NCBI RefSeq assembly: GCF_000009965.1
Contig: NC_006624.1
Location: 900,001-932,000 of the forward strand
Direction: 5' to 3'
Origin: Thermococcus kodakarensis KOD1
Lineage (GTDB): Archaea > Methanobacteriota_B > Thermococci > Thermococcales > Thermococcaceae
DNA length: 32,000 bases
Shown here: in pieces, positions 7,973 to 15,119 of the stretch
Position numbering within the stretch: the stretch's first letter is position 1
Layout of the letters: the number at the start of each line of letters is the position of its first letter
The notes under the pieces: generated by a model
What the model saw: the letters and a program-made list of their open reading frames with translations, nothing else
What the model was told of the DNA's origin: nothing
The model's database searches: none
Made by a program: the position numbers and the translations under genes

Positions 7973-8371
7973 CTATCTTATCTCAACTTCAACCTCTTTT
8001 ACTTCCCCGTTTTCAAGTGTCCAGGCACGAAACTCTCCTGAAGGAGTCACTATGAGCCAGACGTTTCGCCACAGGTTCATGCCCCTGAGGTCTTTTTCTG
8101 AAGGGATTGGCGGGCACTTAAGGTGGGAGTGAAATACTCCAACGATTTCAAGCCCCTTCTTTTCAGCCTCGTCCAGAACCTCTGCAATTTCAAGGGGATC
8201 TATCTCAAATTCCACCGGTGAGTTGAGCCTGTTTCGGGTCTTCCTAGCTTCTTCCACGATTAGGACATTCCCTGCTTTTCTGCCAAGGAGGAATCCGCAA
8301 ACTTCTATGGGGCTTTTCTTGGCAAGTTCAATGATCCTCTGGACGTCCTTTCGAGTCATAAAGAGCTTCAT
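7973..8371 (-). CDS. JAMM/MPN+ metalloprotease (desampylase-type isopeptidase)
   Basis: 132 aa. EVCGFLLG (catalytic Glu) plus HSHLKCPPIPSEKD, which fits H-x-H-x7-S-x2-D. The ATG overlaps the stop of the upstream gene (ATGA). Confidence 0.85.
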   Translation of the reverse strand: MKLFMTRKDVQRIIELAKKSPIEVCGFLLGRKAGNVLIVEEARKTRNRLNSPVEFEIDPLEIAEVLDEAEKKGLEIVGVFHSHLKCPPIPSEKDLRGMNLWRNVWLIVTPSGEFRAWTLENGEVKEVEVEIR

Positions 8372-9258
8372 AACTCCACCGCCAGCTTGAGGCCTTCGTC
8401 CTCTTCGATCCCCCTGAGAATTGTGAGTATCTTTTCTTCGGGAATCTCTGTACTGCTCAGGAACTTTTTCACCTTTTTGATTTCTTCGGCCTTTCTCCCC
8501 TCTGAGCGGGCCTCAAGGTAGTCTAAAACAGCCAGAAGGATGCCTTTAAGCGTTCTATCCCCAAGAGGGACGGGCTTCCATCCGTTTTCATAAATGTAAA
8601 GGGCCTTCACAACTTCCCCGCCGCTTAAGGCTGAAACAGGCAATAAAGCTGGCCCCCTCGCCTGCAGGTAGTGGAGGAGGGAATCTCCCGAAAAACCCTC
8701 GGAGACAAGCGTGCTGTACGCTGCTTCCAGGGCTTTCAAGAGGGTCGCCAGCTTCTCAACCTTTGGCAGATTCTCCTTTGAGAGCATGGAGAGCTTGAGA
8801 ACGGCCCTCTCCAGGGGTTCCTCCTCAAGGTTCACGACGAAGAGAACCCTGTCTTTCAGCGAAGTCCCCTCGGCGAAGGCCTTCAGGGCTATCCAGACTG
8901 CTCCGTTGCTCAGTATTCCGTATTTAACGCCCCTGCTGAAGCAATACCTTGCAAGCTGTCTCAGTGGTTCGTCCCGCTTCAGAATGTTAACGCCGAGGTT
9001 TTTAGCCTCAAGGAACGCAACCGTCTCACCGTTCAGAAAGAGCGCATAATCCGCTCTCCCGTCCTCGGTTCTCTCTTCCGGTCGAACTTCCTCAGGGTTG
9101 TTCCACTCCCAGCCGAGGGCCGTCATTATCTCCCCGATGAGGTGCTGTTTGACGGCCTCCTCATTTTTCTCATAGAGGGAGCGGTGTTTGCCAATGCGGG
9201 ACATTACAGTAAGCACTGCACTCTCAAGCCCTAGCATCATAGCCCAGGCTCGTTTCAT
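8368..9258 (-). CDS. PD-(D/E)xK nuclease-fold protein (type I restriction HsdR N-terminal-like domain) with an uncharacterised helical C-terminal half
   Basis: RADYALFLNGETVAFLEAK gives D-x13-E-x-K, preceded by a conserved Glu-rich helix. This is the pattern of HsdR_N-type restriction-endonuclease-like domains. The C-terminal ~150 aa are unassigned. Confidence 0.7.
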   Translation of the reverse strand: MKRAWAMMLGLESAVLTVMSRIGKHRSLYEKNEEAVKQHLIGEIMTALGWEWNNPEEVRPEERTEDGRADYALFLNGETVAFLEAKNLGVNILKRDEPLRQLARYCFSRGVKYGILSNGAVWIALKAFAEGTSLKDRVLFVVNLEEEPLERAVLKLSMLSKENLPKVEKLATLLKALEAAYSTLVSEGFSGDSLLHYLQARGPALLPVSALSGGEVVKALYIYENGWKPVPLGDRTLKGILLAVLDYLEARSEGRKAEEIKKVKKFLSSTEIPEEKILTILRGIEEDEGLKLAVEL

Positions 9259-9287
9259 GACCTAAAAGCTTTTGTGGTCTAATGCCG

Positions 9288-9296
9288 TAAAATATA
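9288..9296. promoter_or_regulatory. single AT-rich TATA-like element (TAAAATATA) shared by two divergent genes 52 nt apart
   Basis: Spacing is about 20 nt to ATG 9311 (+) and about 34 nt to ATG 9258 (-). This implies leaderless or near-leaderless mRNAs on both sides. Confidence 0.4.
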
Positions 9297-9310
9297 CGGT
9301 GAGTGAGAAT

Positions 9311-10114
9311 ATGTGCAGGATACTCTTTGCCCGCGGTATTGGACAGGAAGTTGCACCCCTTTTTGATGCCCTGATAAAATCCGCACAAAACGACCCGTAC
9401 CGGGAGAAGAGGAACAAGAAGACCCAGCACCCCGACGGCTGGGGGTACGTCCTTCTGAGGGAAGAAAACGTTACCCACTACAGATCGGTTTTACCAATAT
9501 TCAACGATCCCAATGCTGAGAACCTGCTTAATTCCCTCACGGAAGAGGATTCCCAAGTCGTGCTGATGGCACACGCCCGGGCCGCTTCGCAGGGTGGAAA
9601 GACCCTCTTCAACGTTCAGCCGTTCCAGTTCTCCACAAGACACGGTTTCTCCTTCTGGTTCATGCACAACGGCGATCTGGACAAAGAAGCGCTCATCTGG
9701 AAAGCGGGGTTTAAGGGAGAAGAGCTAGTCAATGCCTCTGACAGCTACGTATTCGCGGCGTATCTCTCCAAAACCATAGACAATATCACACCCGAAGAGA
9801 TTTCCAGGAGGTTCGTGCTTGGGCTGGAAACTACCAGAACCACGCTGAACACGGGAACACTGTTTTTACTGCCCGATGGAAGCTGGAGCGCGTTTATAAC
9901 TGCCTACATGGTGAACAAGTATACAAACAGCCTCGATGACTGGAACTATGCCAGGCTCATAGAGCTCAAAGCCAATGACCTGTACGCAGTGGCTTCGTCC
10001 ACGCTGGAGCTGTACCACGAAGCCCGGTGGAGAACTCTCAACAACGGGACTGCGATTTCAATAAGCGGGGATAAAATCGAACGCTTCTCCCTGGGTGATG
10101 CCTGTGGACCTTAG
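9311..10114 (+). CDS. class II (Ntn-type) glutamine amidotransferase-like protein
   Basis: Taking the start at ATG 9311 gives MCRILFA, i.e. Cys2, the Ntn nucleophile position. HPDGWGY, HARAAS and FMHNGDL motifs fit the GATase-2/YafJ-like family. The track start 9272 is an over-extension. Confidence 0.8.
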   Translation: MCRILFARGIGQEVAPLFDALIKSAQNDPYREKRNKKTQHPDGWGYVLLREENVTHYRSVLPIFNDPNAENLLNSLTEEDSQVVLMAHARAASQGGKTLFNVQPFQFSTRHGFSFWFMHNGDLDKEALIWKAGFKGEELVNASDSYVFAAYLSKTIDNITPEEISRRFVLGLETTRTTLNTGTLFLLPDGSWSAFITAYMVNKYTNSLDDWNYARLIELKANDLYAVASSTLELYHEARWRTLNNGTAISISGDKIERFSLGDACGP

Positions 10115-10514
10115 GGCGCCCATACGGGTGTATATGACTAAAAAGCTGATTGGAGTGAAGCCCGACGACACGGTGAAGAGGGCAGGGGAGGTAATGGTCG
10201 AGTTCGACATAGGCTCCCTCGTGGTCGTTGATGAAAACGGCGACGTCGTGGGCTTCCTGACAAAGGGAGACATCATAAGGCGGATGGTCATTCCCGGCCT
10301 GCCAAACACCACTCCCGTGAAGGAGATAATGACGAAAGACCTCGTAACCGTGCCCTCAACGGCCCCGCTGGGGGAAGTCCTCGATCTGCTCTCAAAGAAG
10401 GGCATCAAGCACGTCCTCGTGGAGGAGGAAGGAAAAATAGTGGGCATATTCTCGATAAGCGACCTCCTTGAGGCGAGCAGGAGAAGGCTTGAAACGGCCA
10501 TAGCCGCGGAGTGA
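10095..10514 (+). CDS. CBS-pair domain protein
   Basis: Two CBS motifs (VYMTKKLIGVKPDDTV...VVVDENGDVVGFLTKGDI and IMTKDLVTVPSTAPL...HVLVEEEGKIVGIFSISDL). It overlaps the upstream gene by 20 nt. Confidence 0.85.
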   Translation: MMPVDLRAPIRVYMTKKLIGVKPDDTVKRAGEVMVEFDIGSLVVVDENGDVVGFLTKGDIIRRMVIPGLPNTTPVKEIMTKDLVTVPSTAPLGEVLDLLSKKGIKHVLVEEEGKIVGIFSISDLLEASRRRLETAIAAE

Positions 10515-10519
10515 TGGGT

Positions 10520-12022
10520 ATGATACGGATAGCCCACATAAGCGACACCCACATCACCAACGAGGGAGCATTCAAGGGCTACGCCTTCGATCTCATCGTC
10601 GAGGAGATAAACAGGGGCAACTTCGACTTCGTCATCCACACAGGGGACATCACCAACCAGGGCCTCCGCGAGGAGTACGAGCAGGCGGCTTATCAGCTCA
10701 AGAAAATCCAAAAGCCGCTCGTTGTTCTGCCGGGCAACCACGACGTTAGGAACGTCGGTTACAAGCTCTTTGAGGACTTCATAGGACCTCTCAACGGCGT
10801 CTATGAGTTCAGGGACGGCGTCGTTATCTGGGTGGACTCGACTATTCCAGATCTGAGCGATGGAAGGATAGGCGGCCACAAGTTCCGCTGGCTTAAGGAG
10901 AGACTTGAGGAGTATTCCGACAGGAGGTTCAAGATCGTCGCTGCCCACCACCACCTCGTCCCGCTTCCCGACACTGGAAGGGAGAGAAACGTCCTGTTCA
11001 ACGCGGGAGATGTTTTAGACCTCCTCTTAAGGCACGGGGTTACACTATACACCTGCGGCCACAAGCACGTGCCAAACGTCTACCGCGTTGAAGACCTCAT
11101 AATAGACAACGCGGGATGTACCTCATGCAAAAAGACCAGGAAGGGTGATGTAAACAGCTACAACATAATAGAGCTCTACGACGACGGCAGGGTCAGGGTG
11201 ACCATAAGGCGCGTCACGGGGGATGAGATCACAAAGGAGCACAAGCCCGTGAAGCCCAAGATATTCGTGCCCTCGGGAAGGAGGCTCTTCAGGATAGTCC
11301 AGATGAGCGAGAGCAACGTCTCCGACAGGGTTTACTTCAGGAGAAAGACCCTTGAGAACGTCGTCAGGATGATCAACGAGAGGCTCAGGCCTGACCTGGT
11401 GGTGCACAACGGCGACATGGTGGATGCGGGGATTGAAAGGTACTATGAGAGGGCCTACGAGTACTACAAGCTCGTTAAGCCGCAGAAAATCCTCGTTCCA
11501 GGCCACAACGACATAACTTACCTAGGACACGAGCTCTTCCAGGAGTACTTTGGGGAGCCAGAAGTCCTTGAACTTGGGGACATCGTCATAATTCCCGTCC
11601 TCAGCGCGCAGTATGAGACACCGATAGGTGTCGTCGGAAGGATGGGCCAGAAGAAGCTCAGGAACACGCTCAGAGAATACGAAGGCAAGTTCAGAATAGT
11701 GGTCATGCACCACAATGTCATTCCAGTACCGAAGAGCAGGGAGATAGGCTTCCTGGAGGATGCTGGGGACGTTTTGAAGGTTCTGACCGATGAGGGAACG
11801 GAGCTGGTTCTTACGGGCCACGGCGGAAACGCCTTCGGGGTGAAGATAGAGAACACTCCAATAGTCAATGCCGGTTCAGTCAGCTGGGAGCTCCACAGGA
11901 ACCCGTTTGGAAACAGCTTTAACCTCGTGGACATCTACACTGATATGGTGGTCGTCTGGGAGGTTCAGTCCACCTGGGGCAGCAGGAAGCTGCTTGGGAT
12001 ATGGAAGAGGAAGAAGCACTAA
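10520..12022 (+). CDS. tandem (duplicated) calcineurin-like metallophosphoesterase
   Basis: Domain 1 has the full motif set: SDTH, TGD, GNHD, AAHHH, GHKH. Domain 2 (from about 11285) is homologous but altered. The start could also be ATG 10514 or GTG 10511, which overlap the CBS stop; GGAG lies 8 nt before 10520. Confidence 0.85.
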   Translation: MIRIAHISDTHITNEGAFKGYAFDLIVEEINRGNFDFVIHTGDITNQGLREEYEQAAYQLKKIQKPLVVLPGNHDVRNVGYKLFEDFIGPLNGVYEFRDGVVIWVDSTIPDLSDGRIGGHKFRWLKERLEEYSDRRFKIVAAHHHLVPLPDTGRERNVLFNAGDVLDLLLRHGVTLYTCGHKHVPNVYRVEDLIIDNAGCTSCKKTRKGDVNSYNIIELYDDGRVRVTIRRVTGDEITKEHKPVKPKIFVPSGRRLFRIVQMSESNVSDRVYFRRKTLENVVRMINERLRPDLVVHNGDMVDAGIERYYERAYEYYKLVKPQKILVPGHNDITYLGHELFQEYFGEPEVLELGDIVIIPVLSAQYETPIGVVGRMGQKKLRNTLREYEGKFRIVVMHHNVIPVPKSREIGFLEDAGDVLKVLTDEGTELVLTGHGGNAFGVKIENTPIVNAGSVSWELHRNPFGNSFNLVDIYTDMVVVWEVQSTWGSRKLLGIWKRKKH

Positions 12023-12891
12023 ACTCCCATCTCTTCCAGCTTTTTCATCATGTCCGCAAGAATCGTGGAAACGGTGCTTTCCAGTTCCACGTTCTCAATA
12101 ACAGGGATTCCATGTTCCCTTGCCCGCTCAACAAGGTAATCCTGGATGCGCATTATCCTGTCCACGTGTTTAACGTACTTCTCTGCATCCCTCTGGGAGT
12201 ATCGGGCACGCTCGTAGAAGTGGGCTATGAGGTAGTCTTTCTTGGGCACCGCGATTACGTACATGAACTCGTCTTCTCTCGGCTCGACGAAACCTGGGAC
12301 TACATGGATGCCCTCTATCAGGGTGTTTAAGCCCTCTCTTCTAGCCCTCTCAAGGACGGCCTTTATTCCAACTGAAACGTGCTTAACCTGGGTCTCAAAG
12401 CCATAGATGAGCGGGTCAGAGTTCTTGGGGGCTTTTACTACCCTCTCTGCAAGGAATGAAGAGACGTGGATGTCGGGGAGAAGTTCCTTGGCTATTATCT
12501 TTCTCATAACCTCTCTTATCGTATCGGTTCCGATTATGCTCCGTATTCCAAGCCTGAAGGCCAGCTCGGTCGCTATCGTGGACTTTCCAACTCCAGTCGC
12601 TCCGCCTAGGAGGACGGTTAGCCTGACCTTTCTCCTCCTCAGCTCGCGCCAGAATAGGTATCTCTTTGCTTCTTCCCTAAGTCCTTTTTCTAGGAGCTTC
12701 TGGTACGTTAGCTCCCTTATTTCCTCGGTTGTTACCGACTTCTTCCCCTTCCATTCGAGCTCTTTCTGGACTTCAGTCGCGATGGCGTAGGCTATGCCCA
12801 CGTCTATCCCAGCGAGTGTTATGGAGCGGGTGAGTATTCCCCTTGAAAACGGGAGCCTTATCTTCCTCTCGCTGTCGGTCACTATGATCAT
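12019..12891 (-). CDS. 2-phosphoglycerate kinase
   Basis: The N-terminus [11 protein letters not shown] and the P-loop [10 protein letters not shown] resemble the archaeal 2PGK family (COG2074-type). It is translationally coupled (ATGA) to the cDPG synthetase gene. Confidence 0.85.
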   Translation of the reverse strand: MIIVTDSERKIRLPFSRGILTRSITLAGIDVGIAYAIATEVQKELEWKGKKSVTTEEIRELTYQKLLEKGLREEAKRYLFWRELRRRKVRLTVLLGGATGVGKSTIATELAFRLGIRSIIGTDTIREVMRKIIAKELLPDIHVSSFLAERVVKAPKNSDPLIYGFETQVKHVSVGIKAVLERARREGLNTLIEGIHVVPGFVEPREDEFMYVIAVPKKDYLIAHFYERARYSQRDAEKYVKHVDRIMRIQDYLVERAREHGIPVIENVELESTVSTILADMMKKLEEMGV

Positions 12892-14186
12892 GCTCTCCTC
12901 CCCAGAACTCTTTTTCCAAGCTCTAGAACTGATTTTCTCAGGTCTTTGCCGTCTATATTTACTGGTTCGTTGTCAAGATATATAACCTCGATGCCCCTCT
13001 CCAGCGCCCACTTTGTAACCACATCAACGGCCGCCGCCTTAAGCTCCACCGCCACGGCATCGATACCTCTAAACTTCTCCAGGTCTTCTCTCAGCTTCGG
13101 CCTGTTCGAAAGGTTCCCTGAAGTTGCAACGACCTCTGCTCCAAGCCCCTCAAGGTGCTCCTTGGCCTTGGGTAGAGCGCTCTGAGATGTCATTACGAGG
13201 CCGAGTTTTTTGCCTGAGATGTTGCCCAGGGGCCTCGGGCGGAACGCCGTGAAGTGAAGGTCGGCTTTCGGGTTTATTTCCTCCACGATTTTTCTGATTT
13301 CGGCTCTCTTCTCAGGGTTTATCTCGTCCGACATTGTGACGATTATCAGGTCTGCCAGGGCTATCCTGAAGGGGCCGAAGTAGCCCCGCAGGAAATCCGT
13401 TTTCTGCCTTCCGCCGATGATGAGGATGTATGCATCAGTTCTATAAGCTGGAAACGTTGCCCCGCTTCCCTCGAGGATTATTAGGTCATGGGGAAGGCTC
13501 TCAGCGAGCTCAACACCTTTGTCCACAACGTCAAAAAAGGGAAAGCCCGCCATTCCACCGCCACATCTTCGGCAACCGATGGTCGTCACCCTTGAAGTCA
13601 GGGCGTCCTCAAAGTGATCCGAGGCAGCGTGCTTACCCTCTTTGGCCACCTTGAGAAGGAACTGAGGTGTTAGCTCAATTTTCTCGCCCTCTATGAGTTC
13701 AGGCTCTTCAGGCCCACCTCTGCCCATTGTCACGACCACCGGGCGTGCAACCTCCTTAAGGGTTCTCGCCACAAAACCGCTGACTGCTGTTTTCCCAACC
13801 CTCTTTCCAGTACCGATGATTGATATGCTCGGCTTTTTGGTCTTCTTTAGCGGCTTTGGAGTGAACGTAAAATCGGCTCCCCTGTAGGTAACTCCCAGGA
13901 GCATGCAGAGGGAGGCTATCCTAAACCGGTCTTCGTACGTTAGGACGGGTTCGTCGCTTAAGTCAACGACCTCTTCGACGTCGTTTTCAAGGACTGCCCT
14001 CTTTAGCGCATCGAGATAGTTGGGGGAATGATAGAGGGGAACGCCAATCTTATCCTCAAGGGCCTTTAAACTCCCTATCTTCTCAGTTCCCCCTAAGAAA
14101 ACCGCACAGCAGACATCCCCGAGCTTATGAATTGCCCATTTGGTAACATCCGGGTAGTGTTCGCCGTCTATGAGCACAACCCTCAT
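12888..14186 (-). CDS. cpgS: cyclic 2,3-diphosphoglycerate synthetase
   Basis: 432 aa. The N-terminus [10 protein letters not shown] and the P-loop-like [12 protein letters not shown] match my recollection of the methanogen cDPGS family. Its operon partner is the 2PGK gene. Confidence 0.8.
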   Translation of the reverse strand: MRVVLIDGEHYPDVTKWAIHKLGDVCCAVFLGGTEKIGSLKALEDKIGVPLYHSPNYLDALKRAVLENDVEEVVDLSDEPVLTYEDRFRIASLCMLLGVTYRGADFTFTPKPLKKTKKPSISIIGTGKRVGKTAVSGFVARTLKEVARPVVVTMGRGGPEEPELIEGEKIELTPQFLLKVAKEGKHAASDHFEDALTSRVTTIGCRRCGGGMAGFPFFDVVDKGVELAESLPHDLIILEGSGATFPAYRTDAYILIIGGRQKTDFLRGYFGPFRIALADLIIVTMSDEINPEKRAEIRKIVEEINPKADLHFTAFRPRPLGNISGKKLGLVMTSQSALPKAKEHLEGLGAEVVATSGNLSNRPKLREDLEKFRGIDAVAVELKAAAVDVVTKWALERGIEVIYLDNEPVNIDGKDLRKSVLELGKRVLGRRA

Positions 14187-14252
14187 CCGCTCACCGGGAT
14201 AAGTACTCCCTAATCTGATTTAATCTTTTCTGGGGGCTCAGAAGAGGAAGAG

Positions 14253-14259
14253 TTATAAA
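14253..14259 (+). promoter_or_regulatory. TATA box (TTATAAA) for the small histone-fold gene
   Basis: Located about 55 nt upstream of ATG 14312. A GGAGGTG SD lies 7 nt before the ATG. Confidence 0.45.
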
Positions 14260-14311
14260 GGTCAAAGGTGCACAGTTATCGGCCTCAAAGGCCAATAAGG
14301 AGGTGTTAGCC

Positions 14312-14491
14312 ATGGCTGAGATGCTTGTTAAGTCCAAGGTCAAGGAGTTCGTTAAGAGCGTCGACCCCGAGATGAGGGTCAGCCCGGAGTTCTACGACGC
14401 CCTCGAGGCTGAGGTCAAGGCCCTCGTCGAGAAGGCCATCAAGAGGGCCCAGGCCGAGGGTAGGAAGACCCTCTACGCCAGGCACGTTTGA
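14312..14491 (+). CDS. small histone-fold-like protein lacking helix alpha3 (DUF1931-like)
   Basis: 59 aa. MRVSPEFYDALEAEVKALVEKAIKRAQAEGRKTLYARHV aligns by eye with loop1-alpha2-loop2 of archaeal histones (e.g. ...ERVSDDA...A...A...GRKTI...) and stops right after loop2. Strong SD. Confidence 0.7.
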   Translation: MAEMLVKSKVKEFVKSVDPEMRVSPEFYDALEAEVKALVEKAIKRAQAEGRKTLYARHV

Positions 14492-14492
14492 A

Positions 14493-14516
14493 TTTTCTGC
14501 CATCTTTCAGTTTTTC
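14493..14516 (+). terminator. oligo-T terminator region
   Basis: TTTTCTGCCATCTTTCAGTTTTTC follows the stop at 14489..14491 directly. Confidence 0.5.
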
Positions 14517-14639
14517 CTTACCCGATTTTAGCTTTTGAAAGCCTTGAATGATTCTGTTGTCATCAGCTTGGATTTTGATAAGTGCCCGTGTGCATCTCAC
14601 TATTTTCTCACGATAAAATCGCTGGCCTAAACCGATAAA

Positions 14640-14649
14640 TTTTTATATA
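14640..14649 (+). promoter_or_regulatory. TATA box (TTTTTATATA) of the ArsR-led operon
   Basis: Strong consensus-like TATA preceded by A-rich CCGATAAA, about 60 nt upstream of ATG 14709. Confidence 0.65.
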
Positions 14650-14664
14650 CTCATCACACTAGTT

Positions 14665-14699
14665 GGGTACAGAAAATTGTACTACAAAACTCTGTACCC
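14665..14699 (+). promoter_or_regulatory. perfect 9-bp inverted repeat GGGTACAGA-N17-TCTGTACCC; candidate operator overlapping the predicted transcription start
   Basis: Arms are at 14665..14673 and 14691..14699, with a third GTAC core in the spacer (14679..14682). The element sits between the TATA box and the SD (GGTGGT 14700..14705) of the ArsR-type gene. Confidence 0.6.
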
Positions 14700-14708
14700 G
14701 GTGGTAGC

Positions 14709-15119
14709 ATGGACGATTTGAGAACCCAGCTGGAAGAGCTGAAAAAAAGGCTGGAGGTGCTTGAGGAGAGCATTGATCCCGTTGACGAGCTAATGCTCTC
14801 TATAAAGGCTCGCCTCAAAAAACGACTTGAGGGAGGGGCCCTACCTGGGATAGACGAGGAAAAGGCCGCGAAAACCCTCAAGGCCCTCGCTAACCCCGAC
14901 AGGATAAGGATACTAAAAATGCTGGCGGAGGGGCCAATGGGCTTCAAGGAGATCAAGGAGACCCTGGGAGTCGAGAGTCCAACCGTTTCTCACCACCTCA
15001 AGCTCCTCGTGAAGACTGGAATGGTGAAGAAGGGGGAGAAGTACGAGCTTTCGTCTAACGGGCGTTTGTTTTTGCGCCTGCTTGAGATCATCACGGTACT
15101 TGACGAGGTGGAGGAATGA
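14709..15119 (+). CDS. ArsR-family winged-helix transcriptional regulator with an N-terminal coiled-coil extension
   Basis: LKALANPDRIRILKMLAEGPMGFKEIKETLGVESPTVSHHLKLLVKTGMV is a canonical ArsR/SmtB HTH. It is preceded by about 55 aa of heptad-like LEELKKRLEVLEE. Confidence 0.85.
   Translation: MDDLRTQLEELKKRLEVLEESIDPVDELMLSIKARLKKRLEGGALPGIDEEKAAKTLKALANPDRIRILKMLAEGPMGFKEIKETLGVESPTVSHHLKLLVKTGMVKKGEKYELSSNGRLFLRLLEIITVLDEVEE

Noticed and set aside
10058-10954. 298-aa minus-strand ORF antisense to the CBS and metallophosphoesterase genes
   Set aside because: The plus-strand frames carry unmistakable CBS and calcineurin-like motifs. The antisense translation is low-complexity (S/T/P/V-rich) with no start context. 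This is a typical shadow ORF in a GC-skewed codon background.
14507-14566. Possible C/D-box sRNA on the minus strand: CTGATGA (complement of 14560..14566) ... CTGA (complement of 14507..14510), 60 nt apart
   Set aside because: No recognisable internal D'/C' boxes. The C box starts with C instead of a purine. The 49-nt C-to-D spacing is longer than the usual archaeal layout. The flanks cannot form the terminal stem or kink-turn. The region doubles as the oligo-T terminator of the upstream gene. A covariance-model or snoscan-type search would be needed to revive it.
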